From positions 77,314,001 to 77,378,000 of the forward strand of contig NC_042997.1 of assembly GCF_006345805.1 (NCBI RefSeq): 64,000 nt of DNA, written 5' to 3'. The DNA is from Octopus sinensis. Taxonomy: Eukaryota. The first letter of the stretch is position 1, and the number at the start of each line of letters is the position of its first letter. The notes under the pieces were generated by a model that saw nothing but the letters and a program-made list of their open reading frames with translations, did no database searches and was not told where the DNA came from. The position numbers and the translations under genes are program-made. This document shows positions 11,516-22,743 of the stretch, piece after piece.

Positions 11516-12756
11516 TCAGGCCATTAAGAACGAAATGTCTGATTTTCTTATGCACCAAGTTTGACAGTCATTAACACTAATGTTCAATCCTGACAATTCT
11601 TTGTTTTAGATCACTTTTCAAAATGCAATTCATGGGGTCTGATTATATTGTGAGTTTTCTCTTGTAAATGAATTTTTGTGAACCCATGGATAAATCAAAA
11701 ATTCATGTTGCTTATGAATATGAGTTCTGTCATGGAACCAATGCCTCCCAGACAGCTTGAAACATAAATGAGGTGTTTGGTGAAGATGAGCAAATTGTAC
11801 ATCGATGATTTGAGAAGTTCCGGTCTGGGGTCTTTGCTCTTGAAAATCAACCTTGTGGTAGACCTGAGACCAAGATAGATAATAATGAGCTGGAAACTGT
11901 AGTGGAAGCAGATACACCTCAAATTAGGCATGAGTTAGCAGCAAGGTTTGATATTTCGATTGCAACTATATTGGACCATCTGAAACAAATCAGCATGATA
12001 AAGAAGTTGCATAGGTGGTACCACATGAACTGGAATAGCATCAGATGACATGTCATCTTGAAACTTCCTGTTCTTTGCTGTCACAGCATAAAAGCAAACC
12101 ATTTTTGCATCATATTGTTATGTGTGATGAAAAATGGATTCTTTTCAACAATAGCAAGCATTCTGCATATTGATTGGATAAAGACGATGCGCCAAAGCAC
12201 AAAAAAAAAATTATTCACCAAAAAAGCTAATGGTGTCTGTTTGGTGGCCCAGCACTGGTATCATCCACTACAGCTTCATGACACCTGGTAAGTCAATTAC
12301 AGCAGATGTATACATCAACCAATTGGATGAAATGATGAGTGAACTTGCAATTAAACAACCAAGATTGGTCAACAGAGACAAGCCAATTCTCTTGCAAGAC
12401 AATGTTTCACAAAGAATGCTACTCAAGTTACAGGAACTGAACTTGGAAGTAAGTACTCTGTCATCCACCATATTCACCAGACTTTGCACCCGTCTGACTA
12501 TCATGTTTTCCAGGCTTTAGACAACATTTTGCAAGTAAAAAACTTCAAATCTGAAAAAGATGCAAAAACAGCCTTTCATGATTTCATTACCTCTTGCTCT
12601 CCTGAATTCTTCACTGCCAGCTTAAATAGGCCACTGATAAAATGGCAAAATTGTGTTTATAATTTAGGTGTATTGCTTTTTGTTGAGATAAAATAAAATA
12701 AACTTTCAGTTCAAAATTGGACACTCTTAATGGACTTTCAATTCTTAATGACCTGA
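11516..12756 (+). mobile_element. Full-length but decayed mariner (DD34D, SETMAR/Hsmar-like)
   Basis: TIR TCAGG(C/T)CATTAAGAA at both ends with TA TSD; fragments WVPHEL, KLMVSVWW, ILLQDN, PSDYHVF; stops and frameshifts. Confidence 0.9.
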
Positions 12757-12856
12757 TATAAAAGAAACTTTATCCAGTTTACAAAATTTCAGTTTTCTTT
12801 AAAGCCTAGTTCCATTTGTATCACCATAGCTTTAGGATCTTATTTTCCTGCTTCAG

Positions 12857-13011
12857 TTCTATGAATCACTGGAGAGAAATTCTTGAACAGCTGCAGCTAA
12901 CCTTGGACACAAGTTTTAGTAATAAAGAATTCCTTATACCAACTGTTCAGATAGGTTTGGTGGCTTCCATGACAACATTATTACAACTTCAAAATCATCA
13001 GCAGGCAAACA
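12857..13011 (+). CDS. NUP188: NUP188 coding exon
   Basis: cttcag|T...A|gtaagt; SMNHWREILEQLQLTLDTSFSNKEFLIPTVQIGLVASMTTLLQLQNHQQAN; lies inside ORF 12816-13076. Confidence 0.88.
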
Positions 13012-13221
13012 GTAAGTCTCAATTATTGAAGTTTAATTCTTCTAGGTATTCCCTTACAACAAAGAAAAATAATTAAAAATAATATTTGATGACCATTGTT
13101 TTATTCTGTTTTTAATTGTACTAAAGATGTACCTGTGATACTTGTTAATGTCATAGCATTGTTTGAAATATTTTACTTAAATGTGAAAGACTTTCTTATT
13201 TCTTTATTCTTGTCTTTCTAG

Positions 13222-13379
13222 TTTCTGAACAGTGTCTGGTGTCGCTTCTGAAAATAGTCTGTTCTATGCTACTTGAGTGTGTGCGGAACTTGTTCCCACT
13301 TCAAACCGATACTGCTGATGAAGTCCCTGATAAAGACCAAATGACATCACTACAGAGAAAACAGAACACAAAACTCAAG
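13222..13379 (+). CDS. NUP188: NUP188 coding exon
   Basis: ttctag|TT...AAG|gtgaaa; ISEQCLVSLLKIVCSMLLECVRNLFPLQTDTADEVPDKDQMTSLQRKQNTKLK; phase 1 in, 0 out. Confidence 0.85.
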
Positions 13380-13794
13380 GTGAAATCAAGTTTCTTTAAA
13401 TCTATTCTTAGCTGCATTTTATAGGTTGTGACTATTAAATATTTTTATCATTATTACTTCGTGTTTTATCTTTTTTGATATACCTAAAGATTCAAGAAAA
13501 TCTTGCTTGTATATATAATTTATATAGTTTACAATTCTACATAATGTATGATTAAATTTCTACAATTCTCTGCAGTTTCTTTCTGAATGCTAATAAAACA
13601 AAAATCAAATATAGAAGCTTATGTGGAGGATTGAGGTTGTGAATCAAACTTTTGTTTCAGATTTCAGTGTGAGTTGCCTGGATATTCAACAGCTAAAAAC
13701 AACAAATCTACACATTACTCTTTTCATTTCACTACCTGAAGTCAGCGTGTGAGATAGTATTATCTCTTTTCAAATAATAATAATAATAAAAATT

Positions 13795-14354
13795 TTGCCC
13801 CGATGCAGTACCAAGCAGTGGCTCTCATAGCTTTTGATCTTAACTGATTGGAAGTGTTATCATGTACATTGTTTTGTCTTGGTATAAAAGATGGGCTACA
13901 GCAAATATTCTGCTCAATACCACAGATTTGCTTGTCAGTTGTTTGACCTTAACCAGTTGAGCATGTCCCTTAGTGGCTGACGATATGTGCATCTCTGATC
14001 ACAAGCAAAAGTAGTGGGGGGGAGCATCATATCCATGTGTTGAGAGGGATTCTTTGGAGTTTGAATAATTCACCTCTGGAAACATAGGTGTTTCGTTCAA
14101 CATCCTTAAACAACCATTATTCAGTGGCCTTTTGAGTGGGATGGGTTACTCGACCAGAAGAAAATTCTAACTGGGCCCCACCTGCAAGGTCATGTGCTGT
14201 TTATCTTGATATGAGATCATCATGTCGTGCACATATGGTTGTGATACATGTGCCTAGTGTACCCTTATCAGACAGTTGTAGTCATGATGGGTATACAGGG
14301 CTTTGTATATTTTACCCTAGTGTCACTTTGATGGCATGCACTGCTCTCTCACTC
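13795..14354. mobile_element. ~560-bp putative interspersed element embedded in (AAT)n, class unknown
   Basis: More GC-balanced block sharply bounded by (AAT)n on both sides; single copy in the window, no TIR or clear ORF. Confidence 0.45.
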
Positions 14355-14370
14355 AATAATAATAATAATA

Positions 14371-14590
14371 ACGGTTTCAAATTTTGCCACAAATTTTGTC
14401 AGGAAATTCAGGGGTGGGTGTAAGTCAATTGCATCGACCCCAGTGCTCAATTGATACTTATTTTATCAACCTTGAAAGGATGACAGGCAAAGTCAACCTT
14501 GGTGGATTTTGAACCCAGAATGTACAGACTGACATAATATTGCTAAGCATTTTTCCCGGCATACTAACAATTCTGCCAGCTCACCACCTT
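14371..14590 (-). mobile_element. Nin-like SINE
   Basis: Reverse complement of the 3015-3225 family (GAAAGGATGACAGGCAAAGTCAACC; CTGCCAGCTCACC head). Confidence 0.8.
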
Positions 14591-14674
14591 CAGCAGCAGT
14601 AGTAGTTGTAGTAGTAGATGGTGGTGGCAGTGGCAGCAGCAGTCCAACCATTGAAGTTTTTCTTTCCATTTTAG

Positions 14675-14806
14675 CTCCTAATGACCAGTGTTCTTCTACT
14701 ACAAGAAATTATTCAGAACTTGAAAGATTCTAATTCATGGATATCTGTATTACACAATCATTTGTTGATCCCAACCTTGTTAGCAACAGTTGAAGTGTGG
14801 ATTAAA
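14675..14806 (+). CDS. NUP188: NUP188 coding exon
   Basis: tttag|CTC...AAA|gtaagt; LLMTSVLLLQEIIQNLKDSNSWISVLHNHLLIPTLLATVEVWIK, similar to DSWLQVTRRLPILPTLLTTLEVSLRMK. Confidence 0.92.
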
Positions 14807-15084
14807 GTAAGTAATCTCTCTTTAACTTATCCATTAGTAAACTTTCATTTATCTGCTAGAACAGTTTTTCTGAATTCAAACTATGGATTCCTTCAAATTA
14901 CAAATTAAAGTTTAGACTTTTTAAAGAGGAAATAGGATGTAATACAGATTGGGTATAAAATAACAACGTCTGAAATAAAATAAACTACTTTGCTCTCCTG
15001 ACCTCATCAAGTGTAATAATAGTCCATGTTTGTCCTATTGTTTCATTTGATTAACTATTACAATATCTGATGATAATAGTAATG

Positions 15085-15663
15085 ATTTAAAATTTTAGCA
15101 TAGGGCCAACAATTTGGGGAGGGGGGATAAGTTGATTACAAGTACTTATTTCATTGACCTCCCCACAAAAAAATGAAAGGCAAAGTCAACCTCGGCAGAA
15201 TTTGAACTCAGATATCTGACAATAATAATAATAATCTTCTCTACTAAAGGCACAAGGCCTAAAATTTGGTGGGGGGGGGGGGGTAAGTCGATTGCATCAA
15301 CCCCAGTGCTTGACTGGTACTTATTTCATTGACCCCAAAAGATGAAAGGCAAAGTCAACCTCATCAGAATTTGAACATAAAGATGGATGAAATATTGCTA
15401 GGTATTTCACCCAGCATGCTACCAATTCTGCTAGCTTGCTGCCTGGGATTAATTTAAAATTTTGGCACAAGGCCAGCAAGTTTGGAGTAGGGACAAGTTG
15501 CTTACATCAACCCCAGTACTCAGCTGGTACTTATTTTATCAATTCCAAAAGGGTGAAAGGCAAAGTCAATCTTGACTGAATTTGAAATAAGAGCATGAAG
15601 ATGAATGAAATGCTGCTAAGCATTTTGCCTAGTGTGCTAAAGATTCTGCCAACTCGCCGCCTC
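15085..15663 (-). mobile_element. Three tandem Nin-like SINE copies (~15085-15215 partial, 15230-15445, 15446-15663)
   Basis: Each contains TGAAAGGCAAAGTCAAC; all in the same orientation. Confidence 0.8.
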
Positions 15664-15689
15664 AATAATAATAATAATGATAATCATCA

Positions 15690-16334
15690 TCATCATCATC
15701 ATTTAACGTCCGCTTTCCATGCTAGCATGGGTTGGACGGTTCAACTGGGGTCTGGGGAGCCCGAAGGCTGCACCAGGCCAGTCAGATCTGGCAGTGTTTC
15801 TACAGCTGGATGCCCTTCCTAACGCCAACCACTCCGAGAGTGTAGTGGGTAATTTTATGTGCCACCGACACAGGTGCCAGACGAGGCTGGCGAACGGCCA
15901 CGCTTGAATGGTGTTTTTATGTGCCACCGACACAGGTGCCAGACGAGACTGGCGAACGGCCACGCTCGGATGGTGTTTTTATGTGCCACCGACACAGGTG
16001 CCAGACGAGGCTGGCGAACGGCCACGCTCGGATGGTGTTTTTATGTGCCACCGACACAGGTGCCAGACGAGGCTGGCGAACAGCCACGCTCGGATGGTGT
16101 TTTTTATGTGCCACCGACACAGGAGCCAGATGAGGCTGGCGATCGGCCACGATCGGATAGTGATTGTTACGTGCCCACAGCATGGAGGCCAAACGGTGCG
16201 GTACTGGCTACGGCCACATTCGGATGGTTTTCTTGTGTGCCACCGGCACTGGTACCACAAAGATACAAATTCCATTGATGTTCATCTATTTTGATTTTTT
16301 TATTTTCACTTGCCTCAACAGGTCTTCACAAGTC

Positions 16335-16335
<1 letters not shown>
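15690..16335 (-). mobile_element. RTE 3'-UTR-derived repeat with a homogeneous 62-bp tandem array
   Basis: (CAT)n tail, palindrome CCATGCTAGCATGG at 15717-15730, unit starts at 15857, 15919, 15981, 16043 and 16106. Confidence 0.9.
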
Positions 16336-16372
<37 letters not shown>

Positions 16373-16515
16373 TGATAATAATGATAATGATGATGTGAGT
16401 TAATGTAAGAGAACCTGTATAATTATTTCTTTTACTGAAAAAGTTCTCTATTTTGATCTGCTTTCCTCTGGTCTTTGAGTGTATTTTATAAAAATATCTA
16501 TCTTCTCCTTTAAAG

Positions 16516-16584
16516 TCCAAACAAGGATTGCTGTTCGTCGATGCTTCTTTGACTCTTCTCTTAACAATTTCCAAAACTGAACAG
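16516..16584 (+). CDS. NUP188: NUP188 coding exon
   Basis: taaag|TCC...CAG|gtaaac; SKQGLLFVDASLTLLLTISKTEQ, similar to KQNLHFTEATLHLLLTLARTQQ. Confidence 0.9.
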
Positions 16585-16855
16585 GTAAACTAACAGAAAC
16601 CATTTCTTATCAATCAATATCATATAACAAACAGTTTTTAATATTTACTTTATATAAAATTGATTGTCAATGATTGAATTTGTAATTAACTTTACTGTGT
16701 ATAAGGTCATTTTAACATGTTATTAATACTATTTCTATAAATAATGATAACCGAAATTAATACGTATTTCATTATAAAAATAATCAGAAATGCAAATATA
16801 CAATCAATTAAAAAGACACTTACTTGATTTCGTAATCTCTTTGTATTTGTTATAG

Positions 16856-16963
16856 GGTGCTAATATCCTTATGTCTGCAGGGTTTGCAAACCATCTGTGT
16901 TTATCTATCAGTTCTCTATACAATACAGATGATCTTTCCCAGAAATTTTTAACATCTGGCCGA
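16856..16963 (+). CDS. NUP188: NUP188 coding exon
   Basis: tatag|GGT...CGA|gtaagt; GANILMSAGFANHLCLSISSLYNTDDLSQKFLTSGR, similar to GATAVAGAGITQSICLPLLSVY. Confidence 0.9.
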
Positions 16964-17254
16964 GTAAGTAAGAAATAATAACTTGTCATTGTTAACTTCA
17001 TTGTATAATTAATCAATGCCAACTTCTTCTATATTTTTCTCATATATTAGAAACAGATTTTGTTTTAATTGAATTCTTCAAAAGTAAGTAAGACATTATT
17101 TTGTGTTTAAAGATACAAAATACTTTTACTCATCACCTCTTGGACACATGATAAACAATTCTGCCCAATACTTATATGAATGTAGTAAACTTCACACTGC
17201 ACATACTGACCACTGACTATAGCTCAGTTTAACTTCATCATCAGCATTATCATT

Positions 17255-17710
17255 CAACACCCACTTTTCCATGCTTGCATGGGTCAATTGGAATTTGTTG
17301 AGGTAGATTGTCTAAGACCAGATACCCATCTTGTTACCAATCCCCATCTGTTTCTGAGCAAAGTAATATTTCCATTAGCTAGATAGATGTATCTTTCATT
17401 GAAGATTGGAAACAAACAACCTCAGTTTTATGATGATGATGCCCATTTTCAACCATCACACGATGTCTATACAAAGATACATGCAAACATACATAAATAT
17501 ATTTACATGCACACACATACACATAAATATACTTGCATACATACATACACAAGGGCTTCTTTCAGTTTCTGTTTACTAAAACCACTTACAAGACTTTGGT
17601 AGGCCAGGGCTTTAGTAGAAGACACTTGCCCAATGTGCTGTGTAGTTGAACTGAATGAAGACCAATGGTTAGGAAGCAAGCTTCTTACTCACACAGCCAT
17701 ACCTGCACAG
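17255..17710 (-). mobile_element. Old (CAT)n-tailed repeat plus the 5' half of a tRNA-derived SINE
   Basis: 17255-17450 CATCAT..TTTTCCATGCTTGCATGG; 17530-17708 matches the head of the 54401-54764 family. Confidence 0.65.
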
Positions 17711-18307
17711 ATTGTGTATATGCTTTTAGATTCAATCCCTCCTATGTAAATAAACAAGGTTAGTGCTTATGTACATAGTTTGATCTGTTAAATATTTATA
17801 GACTTTAAATCAACTTTACCCACTTACTGATTGTTGCTCAGTCAATATATAACAGATCAGGTGGCAACAATAGTTGAACTAATAATGCAAATTAAGATTA
17901 TTTTCCTGGTTCCAAACTTGGTAGAATGGCTTACTTTACAAAAGTTTAAAGGTCAGCATGAGAAAGATGCCTAACTAATAACAGAGAGGACAATATCTTA
18001 TTATCATCTGAGCCACAGCTTTGCCTGATGTGGGTAGAAACATTGTAGTTTATAATCAAAGCAATCAATAGGTAGATAAAACTTTCACTCTACTTCAAAT
18101 GTGGTAGGCACACAAAAGTAAAATGTAGAAGCACTCATGAAATGACTTACTAAAAAGTGGTAATTCCTGTTACCCAGGATACCTAAGTTAAATGTTTTTC
18201 TCAGTTAAACTAAAATATGCTTACATATTCCAAACTTAATTGAACTGACCAGTGACCGTGTCTGTTATAAATCATCTCTAATTGAAAACACAATTGTTCC
18301 TCCACAG

Positions 18308-18454
18308 GAAAGGAATATATCTGATGATCAAAACTGGGACAATATACTCTGCCACTGCATTGGCTTATATGCTTCCATGCTGATGACTCTTAAGTATTCA
18401 TTTTTGAAAGAGGCTCTTGATTTTATTGGAGTTCACCAAGACAGACTTCTTCAG
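18308..18454 (+). CDS. NUP188: NUP188 coding exon
   Basis: cacag|GAA...CAG|gtattt; ends LKYSFLKEALDFIGVHQDRLLQ, closely matching LRYNFLPEALDFVGVHQERTLQ. Confidence 0.95.
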
Positions 18455-18854
18455 GTATTTCCATTTTTCCTTTTCTAATTTTAGATAATGACCTACTTAA
18501 AGAATTTAGCTACTCTAACCAGGTAATCTAATTTTTATCTGATTATTTTGATAATTAAGTTGTTATTGTTGTGTTTAGGTAATAGAAATGTGATGAACAG
18601 CAGTATTTGTAGGGATGATTGTATCGGACATGTAATTTCACTCGACTTCTGTTTGTCAAAGAAGTAGTAATTGTTACACAGACAAACAGATAGCTAGTGA
18701 ACTATTCAGTTTTAGGCAGACAAAACTAGATTATCATACAACACACTCTGACACCATCTATAACTCATCCACAACATCTTCTCATTCTAGTATTACGTTT
18801 ACATCTTAAATAAATGTCAAATTAAAAGTATTCACAACATTCATTATATTTCAG

Positions 18855-18992
18855 TCTTTAGAGTTTGCTCGTATCAACCTAACAGAACCTGCCTTAAAGG
18901 AAGCTATGGCTACATGTGGTTTCATATACCAAATGTCATTTTACTCAAGAGAGTGGAAGTTTCATTTACCAAAAGTACTCAGTAAACTTATG
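18855..18992 (+). CDS. NUP188: NUP188 coding exon
   Basis: ttcag|TCT...ATG|gtaaat; SLEFARINLTEPALKEAMATCGFIYQMSFYSREWKFHLPKVLSKLM, similar to GFILQLSNFMKEWHFHLPQLM. Confidence 0.94.
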
Positions 18993-19423
18993 GTAAATAT
19001 TATTATACCTTTCAGAATATTTGGCATTTTTTTTTTTTAAATAACTGTATCTTGAAATTTCCATGTATTTTACAATCTAGTTATCTTATGTTTTCTTTTT
19101 ATGCTGTGAATGCAGCTACAAGTTTCAAAGATTATGTTTCTAACTTAAAATGTTCATATACTATTAGAACAAATTTAATTGTAACCATAACTGTTTATCA
19201 TATATTCTGAAAAACATGGTAACTTTTCTGATATTTTCTTGTGTTAAGAAATGTACAAGCCATTAGGTCGCAAAAATTTACTGACATTTACCTTTTTAAA
19301 AACCTTTTTAAAATTGTTATTTCAACAACAAAGTTGATCATTTTGTTATCTTTAAGATCTACATGTGTTCTGTTACTTCTACACAGGTTTCTCTCTACTG
19401 TTATCATAACTGATATTTTTCAG

Positions 19424-19498
19424 ACCAGTTTTGTGTATATGTGTCAAGCATTTGTATCACTTCTAGTTCGACCACGATACTTGCAGTATTTACTTGAG
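19424..19498 (+). CDS. NUP188: NUP188 coding exon
   Basis: tttcag|ACC...GAG|gtcagc; TSFVYMCQAFVSLLVRPRYLQYLLE, similar to VNLGYLCQACTSLLHSRKMLQHYLQ. Confidence 0.92.
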
Positions 19499-20340
19499 GT
19501 CAGCTATTTTCTTTATTTTGCCTACCTTCCTTTTATGGTTTTAGATTTTGAAATATTCAGTATAGAAATAGCAAATAGGTTCAAAAATATAGTGGCTGTG
19601 ATAAGGACAATAGATAATACGTGGAAAAAGGGAACTAAAAGTATATCTAACCAGTTAAATGATCTGCTGCAGTTATAAGGAGTTTAGTTAATAGTTAAAC
19701 TGTGCAAAATACTGATTAATATGTATATTTACCAGATTAGCATGAGTTTGTATGGAAAGAAGTACAATCAATTGAATTGCCCAAGCTCAGGACATAAGAG
19801 TACAACTCTAAATTCCATAAAAGAGTTTATCTAGAACTCTGTTGTTTCTGTTTAGAAGTTAGAAAACTGAGATTTTTTTTACACGACTTCTAATCTAAAA
19901 ATCAGCTATATTTAGATTTATTTGCATTTGAAAACTTTCAGAAGGGCTCAGAGAATCATTTTACAGAGATTTGCAAGTTATGAAATGAATATAATCTGCT
20001 GTGAGTGAATCAGAAAATAGACTGACTACACATGGTGGGGAAAATAGACTGACTACATGAAATGGTGGGGAAAATAGCTTAACATATAATATAAATATCA
20101 AAGACAATGGTCAGTATAGTGCTGCACTAAATGTTTTATATTATCTAACCACCTACTATATTTCTTTGCTTTCATTTGTCCAAGAATTTATAAAATAACT
20201 ACCAGTAAGATATTGAAATTCATTCACTTAGCTGTACTGAAAGTTGCTTTTTGCTAGAATTAAAATAATTCATTACTAACAATATTGGACAGGTGCTAGA
20301 TGCAGTAGTAATTTTTGTTTTATTTACTTTCACTTTCAAG

Positions 20341-20477
20341 CATGCTGGCTCTGCAAGGGAAGATCTTAATGGAAAACACCAACTTTTTAATATAGCTTCC
20401 AAACCTGCTTTTTTAGCACATTCCACACATGATGAATTAGAGCAACCAACAGCTCAATGTCTAAAAATACAAAAAAT
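20341..20477 (+). CDS. NUP188: NUP188 coding exon
   Basis: ttcaag|CAT...AT|gtaagt; HAGSAREDLNGKHQLFNIASKPAFLAHSTHDELEQPTAQCLKIQK; phase 2 out matches the exon at 33603. Confidence 0.85.
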
Positions 20478-21130
20478 GTAAGTTTATTTACTTCTTATTT
20501 TTACTGATGAGATTTTTTTAAAATAAAATAGCAGTATTCTCTTCATGTATGTATATATATATATATATATATATATTAGGTTGTATGAAATATAGTGTAT
20601 GATTTGTCAGTTTGAGTTCATAAATCAGCAAATTTATGCACAAGCATTATGTATAGACAACATTATGTATAGACAAAGAGAAGCAGTTCCCTTGAGGATA
20701 TCTCCTTTTAAAAGTTCAGTGAATAATAGATTTCATGAGTATAGTGGATCAGCCATAAATTTCATAAACCAGGTCTAGAATATTATATGTTGAACTTGTG
20801 GGTTACTATGAATTTATGTGAAACCCAGAAGTTGTTTTAAATGATTTGAAATACCATTTCTCTATACCGGTTCTTAGACCATTTATCATAAATTGTATTT
20901 TATTGATCATAAGCAACAGAGGAAACACATCACATCCAGTCTTCCTAATTCTGACTCCCAGCTCTGTTTTGAAATGTTTTAAACCCATCTATAGTATATA
21001 TCCAGTTCATAATGCAGGCAATTAGAAATGCATTATGACCAAATTTAAACTTACTGGAAATGATACATAAACACTGTTTAATGCTAAATAATTTTTAGCA
21101 TGTTAAATGCTTATATATATATATATATAT

Positions 21131-22669
21131 AGAAGTAGTTGATAGCTTCCGTTATCTTGGTGACCAAGTCAGTAGTGGGGGTGGGGGTGCTGAAAGTGTA
21201 ACGGCTAGAGTAAGAATAGCCTGGGCAAAGTTTAGGGAGCTCTTACCTCTGCTGGTGACTAAAGGCCTCTCGCTCAGAGTAAAAGGCAGACTGTATGATG
21301 CATGTGTACGAACAGCCATGCTACATGGCAGTGACATGCGTAAGCTCGCGAGAAATGAAGCCAGTATGATCCGATGGATGTGTAATGTCAGTGTGCATGC
21401 TCGACAGAGCGTTAGTACCCTGAGAGAAATGTTTGTAGTGACGTCATATTCCAGTGTGCGCACACGCAACATCATTCTTCAGTGTGCATGTGCGGAACGT
21501 CATTCTTCAGTGTGCATGTGCGGGGTTGAACCTTCTGGAACCTTCTGGAAAGGCATAAGGAAGTTTCCCTTATGCACCTGCGCTAGAGACTGAAGAATAA
21601 ATTCTATAGCGTTCCTTAATAGCGTTTGAGGACTTGAGGCACGGCGATCGAAGAGAAAGGATGCATAATTCATACGTGTGATCAACCTATTCTCCTGTCC
21701 CAGACGCTTGGGATTTAACCTATCTATTGCTGCTGAATTGTTGTAAGAATGGATACCAGTATACCATCGTGTTTCGTTGTTGAATAAGAGAATAAAGAAT
21801 TATATATTTCTAAACTTGCTTTTCGTTCCTGACTGGTAGTTTCTAGAAACAGAAAGAAAGGAAATTGTGTTGCACCCCAAAAGTGTAAAGAAGCAACCAG
21901 TTTCCTTTACATGTTGTGGTGTGCAAGAGAGACGATTGCGCTGGTATGGTCATGTGGCGAGAATGGATGAAGATAGGTGTGTGAAAAAGTGCCAATCCCT
22001 AGCAGTAGAGGGAACCCGTGGAAGAGGTAGACCCAGGAAAACTTGGGACGAGGTGGTGAAGCACGACCTTCGAACTTTAGGTCTCACTGAGGAAATGACC
22101 AGCGACCGAGACCTTTGGAAATATGCTGTGCGTGAAAAGACCAGGCAGGACAAGTGAGTCCAGCCCACTTATGCATGCCTTTCCTCCCTTGGACACACAA
22201 AGACCTGTTGAGGCAAGCGAAGTCGATATCGAACCTCATCCGACGACAGGCACCTATGCCAACCTATGTTTGCGAAGACCTGTTGGGGCAAGTGAAATTG
22301 GAATCGAAATTGATCCAATCCTATGACTGGCACCCGGCAGATGCCAGGACCCCTGGACTGGAGATACATAAATAGCACTATCCGAATCATGGCCGATGCC
22401 AGCGCCGCCTCGACTGGCTTCCGTGTCGGTGGCACGTAAAAAGCACCATCCGAATCGTGGCCGAAGCCAGTGCCGCCTTGACGTGCAGGTGGCACGTAAA
22501 AAGCACCCACTACGCTCACGGAGTGGTTGGCATTAGGAAGGGCATCCAGCTGTAGAAACATTACCAGATAAGACCGGAGCCTGGTGCAGCCTTCTGGCTT
22601 CCCAGATCCCCGGTCGAACCGTCCAACCCATGCTAGCATGGAGAACGGACGTTAAACGATGATGATGAT
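21131..22669 (+). mobile_element. 5'-truncated RTE LINE (same family as 24287-29090), interrupted by a solo LTR
   Basis: EVVDSFRYLGDQVSS...RWYGHVARMDE...GRPRKTW...DRDLWKY; 3' UTR with hairpin units and a (GAT)n tail. Confidence 0.92.
21434..21911 (+). mobile_element. Solo LTR, 478 bp (Gypsy-like by its 4-bp TSD)
   Basis: TGTA...TACA termini, exact TGTT TSD (21430-33 and 21912-15), AATAAA near 21790, CpG-rich. Strand inferred from AATAAA only. Confidence 0.88.
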
Positions 22670-22743
22670 ATATATATATAGTCAATTCAAGGACGTTAGA
22701 TCCACATTAGGGATTATATAATCCAAAAAATTCCACTAGTTAA

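Noticed and set aside
15857-16170. 62-bp array as a CRISPR array
   Set aside because: Head-to-tail units with no unique spacers, no cas genes, and a eukaryotic LINE 3'-UTR context.
19241-19678. 145-aa ORF as a standalone gene
   Set aside because: Only 19424-19498 is NUP188-like and splice-bounded; the rest is chance open intron.
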